This document shows, piece by piece, positions 9,554 to 19,007 of a stretch of 64,000 nucleotides of DNA (its first letter is position 1; every line of letters begins with the position of its first letter). The notes below the pieces were generated by a model that was given only the letters and a program-made list of their open reading frames with translations, was not told where the DNA came from and did no database searches. A program made the translations under genes and the position numbers. Source of the DNA: Spirochaetes bacterium GWE1_32_154 (GTDB lineage: Bacteria; Spirochaetota; GWE2-31-10); the NCBI GenBank assembly GCA_001829315.1, contig MIAY01000010.1:20871-84870 (forward strand), read 5' to 3'.

Positions 9554-10536
9554 GAAAATTACCAGTTATAATCGTTATTGCATTAGGTTTATTTGTAGTA
9601 TTAGCATATAGTTCATTATATATCATTTCTGAAGGTGAACAGTCTGTTGTTATTAGACTTGGAAAGTTAGAAAATGTTGAAACAACTGCCGGTTTAAAAA
9701 TAAGAATACCGTTTATTGATTCTGTCATACGATATTCGAGTCGAATTCAATCATGGGATGGAGAGTCTCAACGGTTACCGACTTTAGAAAATCAGTTTAT
9801 CTGGGTTGATACCACTGCTCGATGGAAAATAACTGATCCTAAAAAATTTTATGAATCGGTGAGTACCATAAGTCGTGCTCATTCAAGACTTGATGATGTT
9901 ATTGACTCAAGTGTTCGTAAAGTAATATCAAGTAATTCAATTCGTGAAGCAGTTAGGAATTCCAATATTATCAATGAGATTGAAAGAAAAGATGTGTATC
10001 GTTCATCAGATGATGTTGATGATCTGGATCCTGAATCGGTATCGATTTTAAGTCTTACCGAAACGATATTTGCAAAAATAGTTAAAGGCAGAAATCAGTT
10101 ATCAAATGAGATATTGGATGAAGCTGAAAAAATCACACCTGAATATGGTATCACACTTATTGATATTGTTATCAGACAGATTAAATATTCAGATGACCTT
10201 ACAGAAAGTGTTTACAATCGTATGATTAAAGAAAGAAGTCAGATTGCCCAGGCATTCCGTTCAGATGGTGAAGGTAAAAAAGCCCGATGGATTGGTGAAA
10301 TGAATCGTGATTTACGGTCTATTCAGTCTCAGGCGTATAAAGAAGCAGAAGAAATTAGAGGGGAAGCCGATGCTAAAGCTGCTGCAATATATGCAAATGC
10401 ATATAATCGGGATCCTGAGTTTTATACATTCTGGAAGTCATTAGAATCATACAGGGAAACGCTTCCTAAGTTTAATAAAACATTGAGTACGGAAGCCGAG
10501 TATTTTAATTATTTGTATAATAAAAGAGGACGATAG
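9550..10536 (+). CDS. hflC: HflC (band-7/SPFH protease modulator)
   Basis: TM plus SPFH domain (SEGEQSVVIRLGK). ATGA overlap with hflK. Confidence 0.85.
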   Translation: MRKLPVIIVIALGLFVVLAYSSLYIISEGEQSVVIRLGKLENVETTAGLKIRIPFIDSVIRYSSRIQSWDGESQRLPTLENQFIWVDTTARWKITDPKKFYESVSTISRAHSRLDDVIDSSVRKVISSNSIREAVRNSNIINEIERKDVYRSSDDVDDLDPESVSILSLTETIFAKIVKGRNQLSNEILDEAEKITPEYGITLIDIVIRQIKYSDDLTESVYNRMIKERSQIAQAFRSDGEGKKARWIGEMNRDLRSIQSQAYKEAEEIRGEADAKAAAIYANAYNRDPEFYTFWKSLESYRETLPKFNKTLSTEAEYFNYLYNKRGR

Positions 10537-10570
10537 AACTTTTTGCATGAGTTCGATAAGTAATTTTTTG

Positions 10571-10598
10571 AAGCACATCTTTCAGGTGTGCTTTTTTG
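10571..10598 (+). terminator. Rho-independent terminator after hflC (aagcaca-N9-tgtgctt followed by TTTTT)
   Basis: 7-bp stem, 9-nt loop and a T-run, 35 nt after the hflC stop. Confidence 0.6.
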
Positions 10599-10671
10599 AT
10601 TATTTCTAAAGTCATTTGAAGGCTCCTGAAAAAGATCGGGAGAAAAATATTTTTTTGCAGAAGCCTTTAAT

Positions 10672-10730
10672 TATAGAGCATCTTGCAAAAATACTCTTTT
10701 TATCTCGAATTTTTGCAAGATGTTACCTCT
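10672..10730 (-). repeat. Copy B (reverse orientation) of the dispersed palindromic intergenic repeat, flanked by half-copies at 10545-10560, 10644-10662 and 10795-10822
   Basis: Its reverse complement reads gaggtaacatcttgcaaaaattcgagataaaaagagtatttttgcaagatgctctata, about 90% identical to copy C. Confidence 0.8.
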
Positions 10731-10823
10731 AATGCAATTTTATTGCGTAATGGCGGAAGCATAAAAAAAGTACTCTTTTTTTCATCAAGTACTCTTGATT
10801 TTTGCAAGAGCCTCTATAAATTA

Positions 10824-10991
10824 TTATTTATTACTTTGTCGTATTATAAATTTAATTAATCCAATAATCAGGAATACGACTCCAATAACAAATAGAATAT
10901 GGATTCCACCACTTAGTGTAAAAGAAGTGATTAAACCAACAACCCATAAAATCAGCAAAATTAAACCAATAATTAAAAGTGAATATAACAT
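10824..10991 (-). CDS. Small membrane protein, lmo0937/DUF5670-like (55 aa)
   Basis: Minus-strand ORF MLYSLLIIGLILLILWVVGLITSFTLSGGIHILFVIGVVFLIIGLIKFIIRQSNK with GGAG ribosome-binding site. The overlapping plus-strand ORF 10795..11010 in the track is judged spurious. Confidence 0.55.
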   Translation of the reverse strand: MLYSLLIIGLILLILWVVGLITSFTLSGGIHILFVIGVVFLIIGLIKFIIRQSNK

Positions 10992-11020
10992 AATAAGCTC
11001 CTTTGCTTAGTATAAAAATT

Positions 11021-11860
11021 TTATTTAGAATCTATCGAATAATTGACAAGTTGATTTAAAGTGTCAAATGTTGCGGTTTTTTCAAAAGGTAATGCAAATG
11101 ATTTAACAACCGGTAAGTTAAAATCATTATATAGTTCAACACTGATTTTAGTTCTATTATCTTTTTCAATTATCTTCCAGCGACCGGAAAGTTCTGTTAC
11201 TCTGGTAAAACCTTTTATATCAGGAAGGTTTCCTGATAAACGACTGACCGGAGACCATTCTATAATCCATTCTTTGCTGTTTTGTTTAATTTGTATTCTT
11301 TTTTGTAATACTATATAGTAATCCCTATTTTTAAAAGGTTTAAAATTGATTTGACAATAGACAAGATATTTATTTCTGGAAATCAGTTTTATTTTTTTAT
11401 ATAAAAGTGTTTTAGGAAAGATTGTCGGGTATATTTCAAAATTCGTCAGATTTTTATATAATTGATCTCCTTTGTTCCCGTTAATAATTTTTTCTGCTTT
11501 ATAGTGATTGTTTTCTTCGGATGTATTTTCTTGCATAAAAAGTAGAACATCTTTTTTTTCATCAACTTGTACCCATTCAATATTATCAAATGATTTGTTT
11601 TTTGATATAATTGGTTTAATTTTTTTGATGACTTTTTTTGCAGGTTTAATTGCTTTCTTTTCGTTCTCTAATGCTTCAATATCATCTTTTTCAGTGATAT
11701 CTACTGTTGCATCTTTACCGGTCTTCTTTGACTCAAAAATAGATTTTTTTATTTCTTTCTTTTCAGTCAGAATCTTTGGGGCGCATGTTGTATGTATTAA
11801 AATTAATACTATAACCAGACCGGTGTTATAAATAACAGATATATTTTTTTTTGATCTCAT
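11021..11860 (-). CDS. Lipoprotein of unknown function (possible SRPBCC/START-like C-terminal domain)
   Basis: The likely start is the second ATG (MRSKKNISV...), with a GAGGA ribosome-binding site formed by the preceding atgaggatattg. Signal or lipobox-like N-terminus (TTCAP). The same leader sequence is found at the CheR gene. Confidence 0.55.
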   Translation of the reverse strand: MRSKKNISVIYNTGLVIVLILIHTTCAPKILTEKKEIKKSIFESKKTGKDATVDITEKDDIEALENEKKAIKPAKKVIKKIKPIISKNKSFDNIEWVQVDEKKDVLLFMQENTSEENNHYKAEKIINGNKGDQLYKNLTNFEIYPTIFPKTLLYKKIKLISRNKYLVYCQINFKPFKNRDYYIVLQKRIQIKQNSKEWIIEWSPVSRLSGNLPDIKGFTRVTELSGRWKIIEKDNRTKISVELYNDFNLPVVKSFALPFEKTATFDTLNQLVNYSIDSK

Positions 11861-11956
11861 ATCCAATATCCTCATTGCTCATTTGTAACATAGTATCATT
11901 TCGTTTATAGCATTTCTTACGTAACAGGTAATGCTATAAACGAAACAGAAAATTTA

Positions 11957-12142
11957 CTACATTTTTTCAATCAATTTGTGAATCTCGTCTTTCGTTTTCC
12001 CAAGTTTTTTCTGGATTCTACCCCACAACTCATCTTCTTTTCCTTCAATGAAAAGTAAGTCATCATCAGTTAAATTTGCAAATTTTTGTTTTAATTTGCC
12101 TACCAGTTCAGCCAGGTTTCCTTTTGCTTTGAGATTATTCAT
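11957..12142 (-). CDS. CsbD-family general stress protein
   Basis: 61 aa with pattern [39 protein letters not shown], typical of CsbD/YjbJ. GGAGG ribosome-binding site. Confidence 0.7.
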   Translation of the reverse strand: MNNLKAKGNLAELVGKLKQKFANLTDDDLLFIEGKEDELWGRIQKKLGKTKDEIHKLIEKM

Positions 12143-12202
12143 AAAAAGCCTCCTCAGGTATTTTAGAACAAGATAATAAAAAATAGAACTTTCATTTAGT
12201 TA

Positions 12203-12310
12203 GTTTCTCAGCGCAAAATAGGTTATTGTGTAATCTACATTCCTGATAGAATAAAGATAATAGCTATATATAAAATATACAAGCTAAATATATAATTATA
12301 AAAAATAAAT
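12203..12310. repeat. Copy 1 of a ~110-bp duplicated AT-rich upstream segment (gtttctcagcgcaaaataggttattgtgtaatctacattcctgatagaataaagataat...)
   Basis: About 85% identical by eye to 14890-15000, same orientation, 2687 bp apart. Lies in the promoter region of the csbD-like gene. Confidence 0.8.
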
Positions 12311-12330
12311 AAAATAAATGCATTCAACTT

Positions 12331-13674
12331 TTAATGGGTACTTTCAAATGGAAATTTAACGCTAAAAACGGTTCCTTTTCCAATTTTAGTTTTTAAATCA
12401 ATTTCGCCATTCATTAAGTTTACCAGATTTTTTACAATTGCAAGACCGATTCCGGTTCCCTCGTATGCTTTAGATAAATATTTTTCCCCTTGTTCAAATT
12501 CTTCATATAGTCTTTTTTGTTTTTCTTCATTTATTCCAATGCCTGTATCAACTATAGAAAACTCTATATAACTATCATCATTGGTTTGAAGTGTTTCTGC
12601 ATTGTTATCATTTTTCTTTATTCTTGATGTTGAGATAATTACTTTGACATATCCTGAATTTGTAAATTTCATGGAATTCCCAATTAAATTATAAAGTATC
12701 TGTTGTATTATAATGTCATCAGTTTTAATTTTTTCCGGTAAATTGTCGTCACTTTCAATAGTAAAATCTAACCCTTTGATTTTTGCTTGCTCTGAAAATA
12801 AATTTTTTATATTTTCTATAAATTTTTGCAGATTAAAATATTTTTTATGAATTTCTAATTTTCCGGCTTCAATTTTTGATAAACTTAATATATCGCCGAT
12901 TATATTTAAAAGATGATTTGAACTTATTTTCATAATATCTAAATATTTCAGTTTCTCGTTATCTGTTTCTTTCAGTTTTAATAATTCTATAAAACCAATT
13001 ATACCATTCATTGGTGTTCTTAATTCATGACTCATATTAGAAAGAAACTGTGATTTTGCATGGTTGGCTGACTCGGCCTGCTTTTTTGCTATAAGTATTT
13101 CAGCCTCTGCCAATTTCCTTTTTGTAATATCAACTATTACTGTTCGAAATACATGCCCTTCTTCAATATCATCAGCCAAAGTTGATTCCATTGTTACCCA
13201 AAACGGATAATTTATTCCATCAGAAGCTCCAATATTCAGCATTCTAAGTTCACTCGTTTGTGATTCTCCTGTTTTTAACAATTTTTTATAATGCAAGTGA
13301 TTTATTTGCCAGTCCTCATCAAAAATATAGTCGTTAAAAACCCTAATGCTTAAATCTTCTTTTGATACTCCAAGCATAGTAGTTGCTGTAATATTTCCTT
13401 CTTTAATCACTCCATTTTTAGTAATTGTGAGGTACCCTACCGGAGCTGAATCATACAGTTCAAAGTAGCGCGCTTTTATCTTTTTTTCTTCAAGATTTGA
13501 TGCTTGAAGCTCATCGTTTTGCATTTCCAGTTCAATTTGATGCACCCGTAACTCATGAAGTAAGTTGTCGGTCTCTTTTTTTTCTAAAGGATGGAGCGAT
13601 ATTTCAGTTTCCATTTTTGCAATCATTTCCTCTGCTTTTTTTCGTAACAATTTAGATTCTAATGTGTCTTTCAT
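12331..13674 (-). CDS. Cytoplasmic PAS-domain sensor histidine kinase
   Basis: Coiled-coil N-terminus and a PAS block. H-box [14 protein letters not shown]. HATPase motifs GNSMKFT, DTGIGI and GTGIGLAIV. Confidence 0.85.
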   Translation of the reverse strand: MKDTLESKLLRKKAEEMIAKMETEISLHPLEKKETDNLLHELRVHQIELEMQNDELQASNLEEKKIKARYFELYDSAPVGYLTITKNGVIKEGNITATTMLGVSKEDLSIRVFNDYIFDEDWQINHLHYKKLLKTGESQTSELRMLNIGASDGINYPFWVTMESTLADDIEEGHVFRTVIVDITKRKLAEAEILIAKKQAESANHAKSQFLSNMSHELRTPMNGIIGFIELLKLKETDNEKLKYLDIMKISSNHLLNIIGDILSLSKIEAGKLEIHKKYFNLQKFIENIKNLFSEQAKIKGLDFTIESDDNLPEKIKTDDIIIQQILYNLIGNSMKFTNSGYVKVIISTSRIKKNDNNAETLQTNDDSYIEFSIVDTGIGINEEKQKRLYEEFEQGEKYLSKAYEGTGIGLAIVKNLVNLMNGEIDLKTKIGKGTVFSVKFPFESTH

Positions 13675-13811
13675 TTTTATTACTTCCTTAATATAGTCTT
13701 TTAGTTCTTAATAGCATTGATTTGATTTATGAACAAAATCAAACTTCCAGGATATTCAATTACAAAAGCACTCGCTTAGCTGGAGGAGCAAGGAGTATTT
13801 TCTAAGGTTTA

Positions 13812-14783
13812 TCAGATGAGGTTGCCTTTAGAAAATGCATCCTCAACTTTTGTTTCTTTTTTCTGATATATTTTATATTTTCTGTTAGTCTCATCAAACA
13901 GATTTAGAAAATCTCCTATACTTTCTGATGTTCCTAAAAAAAGAAATCCTCCTGAATTAAGCGCATCATGAAACATCGGAAAAACCTTTTTTTGAAGTTC
14001 TTTTGTCATATAAATTAAACTGTTTCGACAGCTTATTATATCAATTTTAGAAAAGGGAGGATCTTTGATAAAGTTATGTTCTGAGAAAACTATGGTATTT
14101 CGAATCTCATTGTTAATTTTGTATGTATTACCTTCCCGATTTAATGTAAAATAGTGTTCCAGTTGTTTTTTTGATACATAGTTGCTTATTGTCGCAGGAT
14201 AGTTTCCCTCAGTTGCAACTGCTAATGCCTGTGTGTCAATATCTGTAGCAAATATTTTAATTTCAATATCTTTTTTCTGCTTCTCTTTCTTTTCCTGGAA
14301 AAGAATAGCAATTGAATACGCTTCTTCGCCGGTAGAACAACCCGGAACCCAAACTCTGATATTTTCATGTGGATTTTTTTTTGTATAAATCGGATCAATG
14401 ATTTCTTCATCTAAAACCTTAAATGCAACAATATCACGAAAAAAGTTTGTTACATTTATAAGTATATTCTCAAAAAGAAGTTCCACTTCTTTTTTATTTT
14501 TTTGTAAATAAAGAACATAGTCTTTAATATTCTTTATATTATTGATCTTCATTCTTCGTTCGATACGGCGATATATTGGGTTTAGTTTATACAATGAGAA
14601 ATCATGCCCTTTCTCATGATGTAATAAGAGAAATATTTTTTCAATGGAATTCTCTTTATCAGTAATCTGTATATTTGGTTCAATCTTTGTTTTATTCAAG
14701 AGTTGAGCGGAAGAATTTATCAGCCGTTTTGTCACTTTATCCGGCGGTAGTACAGCGTTTGATTCATCAGTTTTTGATTCCAT
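13812..14783 (-). CDS. CheR-type protein-glutamate O-methyltransferase (likely co-transcribed with the PAS histidine kinase)
   Basis: CheR N-terminal helical region plus SAM-dependent methyltransferase core (VWVPGCSTGEEAYSIAI, FATDID). The likely start is the second ATG (MESKT), with the shared leader caaatgaggatattg. Confidence 0.8.
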   Translation of the reverse strand: MESKTDESNAVLPPDKVTKRLINSSAQLLNKTKIEPNIQITDKENSIEKIFLLLHHEKGHDFSLYKLNPIYRRIERRMKINNIKNIKDYVLYLQKNKKEVELLFENILINVTNFFRDIVAFKVLDEEIIDPIYTKKNPHENIRVWVPGCSTGEEAYSIAILFQEKKEKQKKDIEIKIFATDIDTQALAVATEGNYPATISNYVSKKQLEHYFTLNREGNTYKINNEIRNTIVFSEHNFIKDPPFSKIDIISCRNSLIYMTKELQKKVFPMFHDALNSGGFLFLGTSESIGDFLNLFDETNRKYKIYQKKETKVEDAFSKGNLI

Positions 14784-14889
14784 AATCAATATCCTCATTT
14801 GTAAAATTTCATAGTTTCATTAATCGAATTCCTGAAATTCTTTTTACTAATAAACCAATAGTGATACAAATTTTATAATTATACCTTGA

Positions 14890-15000
14890 GTTTCTCAATG
14901 CAAGATAGGTTATCATGTAATCTATATTCTTGATATAATAAAGATAATTGATTTATATAAATTATACAATCTAAATATATAGATATAAAAATAATTTAAA
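14890..15000. repeat. Copy 2 of the ~110-bp duplicated upstream segment
   Basis: See copy 1. Lies upstream of the CheR-histidine kinase operon. Confidence 0.8.
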
Positions 15001-15246
15001 ATTGAAGCAGGTTATTTATGGGGATAAGTAACATTTAGAGCATTTTCCAAAAGAGTTTTTTTGCCACGGATTCAGAGGGATGACCACGGATAGAGTTGGA
15101 ATTAATTTCTTGATTATCTTATCCGTGAGCATCCTATATATCCCTGGCTAACTATCCTTTTCTTTTGTGTGAAGTTAACCATTAAGAAAGTCATGATTTA
15201 GAAGTGTTATGTTTTCTTATCTGTGTTTATCGGACAAAGCGGATAT

Positions 15247-15972
15247 TTACTTAAATATCTGCCGATTTAAAGAAACATTGTCCCCGACAGTACGTCCTTT
15301 ATGGTAGGAGTCTGAATCAACACTTCGTCCGACTTTTTTAGTTGTTGTTTTTCCAAATGTTTCTTCAATATAGTCCTGATTTTCTTTGTAAGCTGTTTTT
15401 GCCATTTGAATTGTTAATTGACGGTCTGAAGGTGCTGTGTCGGTATTTTCAGTTGATTTACCGGATTCGTTTGATGACTGACCGGCCCATGGACCTCCGG
15501 TTTCTTCTTTTCCGGCACTTGCATCAGTTAGTCTTTCACCAATACGGTGAACTAATCCATGACGAAAACTATCAAGATGACCTACTTGATCACTATGTGA
15601 TCTGCTTAGTTTTAGTACGACAAGATGTAAATACGTAAATAGATCAGCAGCAGCCAGGGTGTTTAATTCTCTGCCGATAATTAGAACCTGACCGATACCG
15701 TTTCTTTGTGCATGAATTGCTTGAGTAAAAGTGCAATTACATATAACATGAATAAGATGAGATTCCCATGCACGTAGGCGTTTTTTTTCAAGAATCACAT
15801 TTTGTACTATTTCAGAGCTCTGTGTTTTTACATCGGCAAGAGATAACCCGTATCGGGCCAGTAAAACCCGCGCTTTTTCAAGAGCAGAAGCTGCTTCTGC
15901 TTCACTGGGTGAATTTCCCAATGCCATAAGTTTTTTTACTTTTTCAAGTATATCATTTGTTGCTTTATCCAT
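15247..15972 (-). CDS. DUF2786-domain protein, compositionally atypical and probably horizontally acquired
   Basis: N-terminal LEKVKKLMALGNSPSEAEAASALEKARVLLARYG is the DUF2786 signature. The gene is visibly more GC-rich than its neighbours, with GC-rich codons and runs such as ccggcccatggacctccgg. Confidence 0.65.
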   Translation of the reverse strand: MDKATNDILEKVKKLMALGNSPSEAEAASALEKARVLLARYGLSLADVKTQSSEIVQNVILEKKRLRAWESHLIHVICNCTFTQAIHAQRNGIGQVLIIGRELNTLAAADLFTYLHLVVLKLSRSHSDQVGHLDSFRHGLVHRIGERLTDASAGKEETGGPWAGQSSNESGKSTENTDTAPSDRQLTIQMAKTAYKENQDYIEETFGKTTTKKVGRSVDSDSYHKGRTVGDNVSLNRQIFK

Positions 15973-16116
15973 AAATGTAGTTCTCTTTTGTTAAATAAAA
16001 TCTTTTGTTACGTAATTTTTTCAGGACTATAATACACTTAAATAAGAATATTAACAAGTAAGCCTGTTATAAAAAAATGAAAACTATAGAGTATTTGTCA
16101 AATGATTATAAATAAG

Positions 16117-16172
16117 AGGTTCATACAAAAATTCGAGATAAAAAGAGTATTTTTGCAAGAAGCTCATTATAG
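16117..16172 (+). repeat. Copy C of the dispersed palindromic intergenic repeat (gaggttcatacaaaaattcgagataaaaagagtatttttgcaagaagctcattatag)
   Basis: Intergenic. The ORF-track N-terminal extension of the 16102 ORF reads through it and is spurious. Confidence 0.8.
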
Positions 16173-16239
16173 ATTTGATATTATTGAAAAAAAGAATATA
16201 ATTATTATAAGGTATGAGAATAACAAAAGGAGGAATGGT

Positions 16240-17022
16240 ATGAAATTAAAATTCATTATTGTTCTAATTACTATGTATGTAAGTTTTTTTTCATTTGGTG
16301 AGGTTAAGGAAATGGTTTTTGTTTGTGAGGATAAAGAGGATTTTCCTTCAGTAACAGGAAATTCTAATGAGTTATCAAAAGTGAATCCGGGTGTCGTAGT
16401 TGAGCTTCTATTGAAAATGGAAACGGTTACCGGGATAAAAATAACAATCAAAAGATTACCATGGAAACGGGCATTGGAAAGTGAATTGAAAAACGGCTCT
16501 GCTGATGGTTTATTTCTTGCCAGTTATAAAAAAGAAAGAGAACTTTTTGGCAGTTTTCCGAAAAAAGATGGTGAAATTGATGAATCAAGATGTGTTTATT
16601 CATCACGTTATGTTTTTTATACATTAAAAGATTCTGAAGTCACGTATGATGGCAAGAATTTACACAATTTTACAGGTGCTGTTGGGGCTCCATTGGGCTA
16701 TTCAATAGTTGAGGACTTGAAGAAAATCGGATTTATTATTGATGAAAGTTCCGGAACTGATAAAGATTTTGAAAAAATGATAGGGAAAAGAGTTAATGCA
16801 GTAGCAGCTTTGGAAATGAATGGTGATGCAATTCTAAGTAAGAATCCGCAATTTGCGTCTTTAATTAAAAAACTGGAACCTGCTATAGTTTCAAAACCAT
16901 ATTATATTATGCTCTCAAATCAGTTCGTGGCTAAAAATCCTGATACGGCTAACAAAATATGGAATACATTACGTGATATTAGAGATAAAGATCTTAATAT
17001 ACTATTGAAAAAGTATTTCTAA
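16240..17022 (+). CDS. Periplasmic substrate-binding protein, family 3 (amino-acid ABC/TRAP-type SBP), orphan
   Basis: Start chosen at MKLKFIIVLITMYVSFF (signal peptide) with AAGGAGG ribosome-binding site. SBP_bac_3-like body. No permease or ATPase gene is adjacent. Confidence 0.65.
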   Translation: MKLKFIIVLITMYVSFFSFGEVKEMVFVCEDKEDFPSVTGNSNELSKVNPGVVVELLLKMETVTGIKITIKRLPWKRALESELKNGSADGLFLASYKKERELFGSFPKKDGEIDESRCVYSSRYVFYTLKDSEVTYDGKNLHNFTGAVGAPLGYSIVEDLKKIGFIIDESSGTDKDFEKMIGKRVNAVAALEMNGDAILSKNPQFASLIKKLEPAIVSKPYYIMLSNQFVAKNPDTANKIWNTLRDIRDKDLNILLKKYF

Positions 17023-17105
17023 TGAGTTTATTGAGAAAATTGATCACTAATAAAATCACCTTTATTCGATAATTTTATTAGTGATCTGTTTGATATTTGA
17101 AAATA

Positions 17106-18281
17106 TTAGTTTTGAATCATATTTGCTTCAATCTGTTTGGTGATTGCAGACAGATCGGAATTGTCGGGTATAAATTTAAACTTTATAGTATCAAGCAATT
17201 GGAACCCTGATGAAGTTAAATATTCGGCGACTATATCAGGACTTTGTCCACTCCAACCGAAAGAGCCGAATGCAATTGCTTTTCTACCTTTTGGAGCTAA
17301 ACCTTTTAAGTATGTAAGAAATGCCGCAACGGTTGGTAATATATTGTTATTTAATGTAGGTGAACCGACACAAATATATTCGGATTCAAGAACATCGGTA
17401 ATGATATCTGATATATGAGATGATTGAGCTGAATAAACAACGGTTTCTATTCCCTTATTATCAAACGCATCCTGAATTGCACCTGCTATTTTTTCTGTAG
17501 AACCCCACATTGTATCATATACAATTATTGCCCGCTTTTTAGTTGTGTTGGATGACCATGATTTATATTTTTCAACAATTTCAGGTATATGAGATCTCCA
17601 GATGATCCCGTGAGACGGGGCTATTATTTTTATATCAAGTTTCGATGCTTCAGAAAGTTCTTTCTGAACCTGAACACCGAAAGGCATTACTATATTAGCA
17701 TAATATTTTTGAGCCTCTTCTAAGATTATATGAAGAGGAAGCTGATCATCAAATCGTTCGGATGTTGCAATGTGCTGTCCAAAAGAGTCATTGGAAAAGA
17801 GAATTTTTTCCTGCCTTAAAAATGACATCATATTATCTGGCCAGTGAACCATAGGTGTCAGTAAAAAGTCAATATCATATTTTCCTGTATTAATTGAATC
17901 ACCCGATTTTACTATTTGATATTTCCAACCTTCCATTTCTTTGTAGTGTGCTTTTAACCCTCTCTCTCCATTAGGTGATGTGATGAGTGTAGCATTTTTT
18001 GCAATTTTCATAATTTCAGGTAAACCGCCCGAGTGATCCATCTCGACATGATTTGATATGACATAGTCGATTTTAGAAGGGTCAACGATTTGTTTGATTC
18101 TGTCAATCATTTCGTTTGTTAAATACCCTTTAACGGTGTCAACAAGAGTGATTTTTTCATCAATTATAAGATAGGCGTTGTATGTGGAACCTCTTTGAGT
18201 AATATATCCGTGAAAGTTTCTTAAGTTCCAGTCTATTCCGCCAACCCAGTATATTGAATCTGATAATTTTATTGTTTTCAA
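17106..18281 (-). CDS. Flavodiiron protein (FprA/flavorubredoxin-type O2/NO reductase): metallo-beta-lactamase-like diiron domain plus flavodoxin domain
   Basis: HxExDH diiron motif (SNHVEMDHSGG) and a C-terminal flavodoxin domain (AIIVYDTMWGSTEKIAG). 391 aa. Confidence 0.85.
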   Translation of the reverse strand: MKTIKLSDSIYWVGGIDWNLRNFHGYITQRGSTYNAYLIIDEKITLVDTVKGYLTNEMIDRIKQIVDPSKIDYVISNHVEMDHSGGLPEIMKIAKNATLITSPNGERGLKAHYKEMEGWKYQIVKSGDSINTGKYDIDFLLTPMVHWPDNMMSFLRQEKILFSNDSFGQHIATSERFDDQLPLHIILEEAQKYYANIVMPFGVQVQKELSEASKLDIKIIAPSHGIIWRSHIPEIVEKYKSWSSNTTKKRAIIVYDTMWGSTEKIAGAIQDAFDNKGIETVVYSAQSSHISDIITDVLESEYICVGSPTLNNNILPTVAAFLTYLKGLAPKGRKAIAFGSFGWSGQSPDIVAEYLTSSGFQLLDTIKFKFIPDNSDLSAITKQIEANMIQN

Positions 18282-18293
18282 CTATAAGCTCCT

Positions 18294-18704
18294 TTACTTT
18301 ATTCCTTTAGCTGTCATTATTTCTGAATATTTTTTATCTGACCCGGCAATGTGATTCATAAGCCAGTCACGTAAAAAATTGATGATATCAATACTCAAAA
18401 GAATTTCACCTTTTAAATATTGCTCTTGAAAATCTACTATTCTATCAATAAATGATTCATGGGTTCTTTTGTGTTGTTCAAATTCATCATATCCGCATTT
18501 AATAAGAAGTTCTTCTTCATACTTAAAATGAGTTTTTGTATAATCTACAAGTTCGGTAATTATTTCTTTTATGAGTGATTTTGCTGTACCGGTCATCATG
18601 CCATTGTGAAGTTTATTTATTAAATCAACTAGCTTTTTGTGTTGAATGTCAATCGATGGAACACTAACGCTATATTTTTTATCATCCCAGGTAATTAATG
18701 CCAT
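18294..18704 (-). CDS. Hemerythrin-like protein
   Basis: 136 aa. Hemerythrin His/Glu ligand pattern (DIQHKKLV, HFKYEEELL, HKRTHESF, NHIAGSD). Confidence 0.8.
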   Translation of the reverse strand: MALITWDDKKYSVSVPSIDIQHKKLVDLINKLHNGMMTGTAKSLIKEIITELVDYTKTHFKYEEELLIKCGYDEFEQHKRTHESFIDRIVDFQEQYLKGEILLSIDIINFLRDWLMNHIAGSDKKYSEIMTAKGIK

Positions 18705-18775
18705 GTAAAACTCCTTTTGTAATCATTCTATTATATGATATAAACGCATAATCAGTATATCACATAATAGATTGA

Positions 18776-18943
18776 TTATAAAGATTTTTGACTAATAAAT
18801 TTTTCTTTACTTGCTTTGCAAATAGGACATACCCAGTCAGCCGGCAGTTGATTAAAATCAATACCCGGTACAATTCCATTTTTTATGTCACCTTTTTGCG
18901 GATCGTAGACCCAACCGCAGATTTTACATTTATATTTAAGCAT
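18776..18943 (-). CDS. Rubredoxin
   Basis: Minus-strand 55-aa ORF MLKYKCKICGWVYDPQKGD...DWVCPICKASK with CxxCG and CPxC motifs. The plus-strand ORF 18788..18976 in the track is spurious. Confidence 0.85.
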   Translation of the reverse strand: MLKYKCKICGWVYDPQKGDIKNGIVPGIDFNQLPADWVCPICKASKEKFISQKSL

Positions 18944-18964
18944 ATAATCTCCATTATAAAAACT

Positions 18965-19003
18965 TTAAAAAAATAGAGCTGTTAAAAACAGCTCTATTTT
19001 TTT
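18965..19003. terminator. Bidirectional rho-independent terminator (atagagctgt-taaaa-acagctctat flanked by A- and T-runs)
   Basis: 10-bp perfect stem, with an A8 run on the 5' side and a T7 run on the 3' side. Confidence 0.7.
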
Positions 19004-19007
19004 AGAA

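Noticed and set aside
10795-11010. Plus-strand 71-aa ORF.
   Set aside because: The minus strand encodes a convincing lmo0937-type small membrane protein with a GGAG ribosome-binding site. The plus-strand reading is Ile/Asn-rich nonsense.
14222-14410. 62-aa ORF inside the CheR gene, in another frame on the same strand.
   Set aside because: It is fully overlapped by the CheR methyltransferase reading frame, which has clear homology. Lys/Arg-rich product of an alternative frame.
16102-16239. N-terminal extension of the substrate-binding-protein ORF (MIINKRFIQKFEIKR...).
   Set aside because: The extension is a read-through of intergenic repeat copy C. The real start is the signal-peptide ATG at 16240, which has a strong ribosome-binding site.
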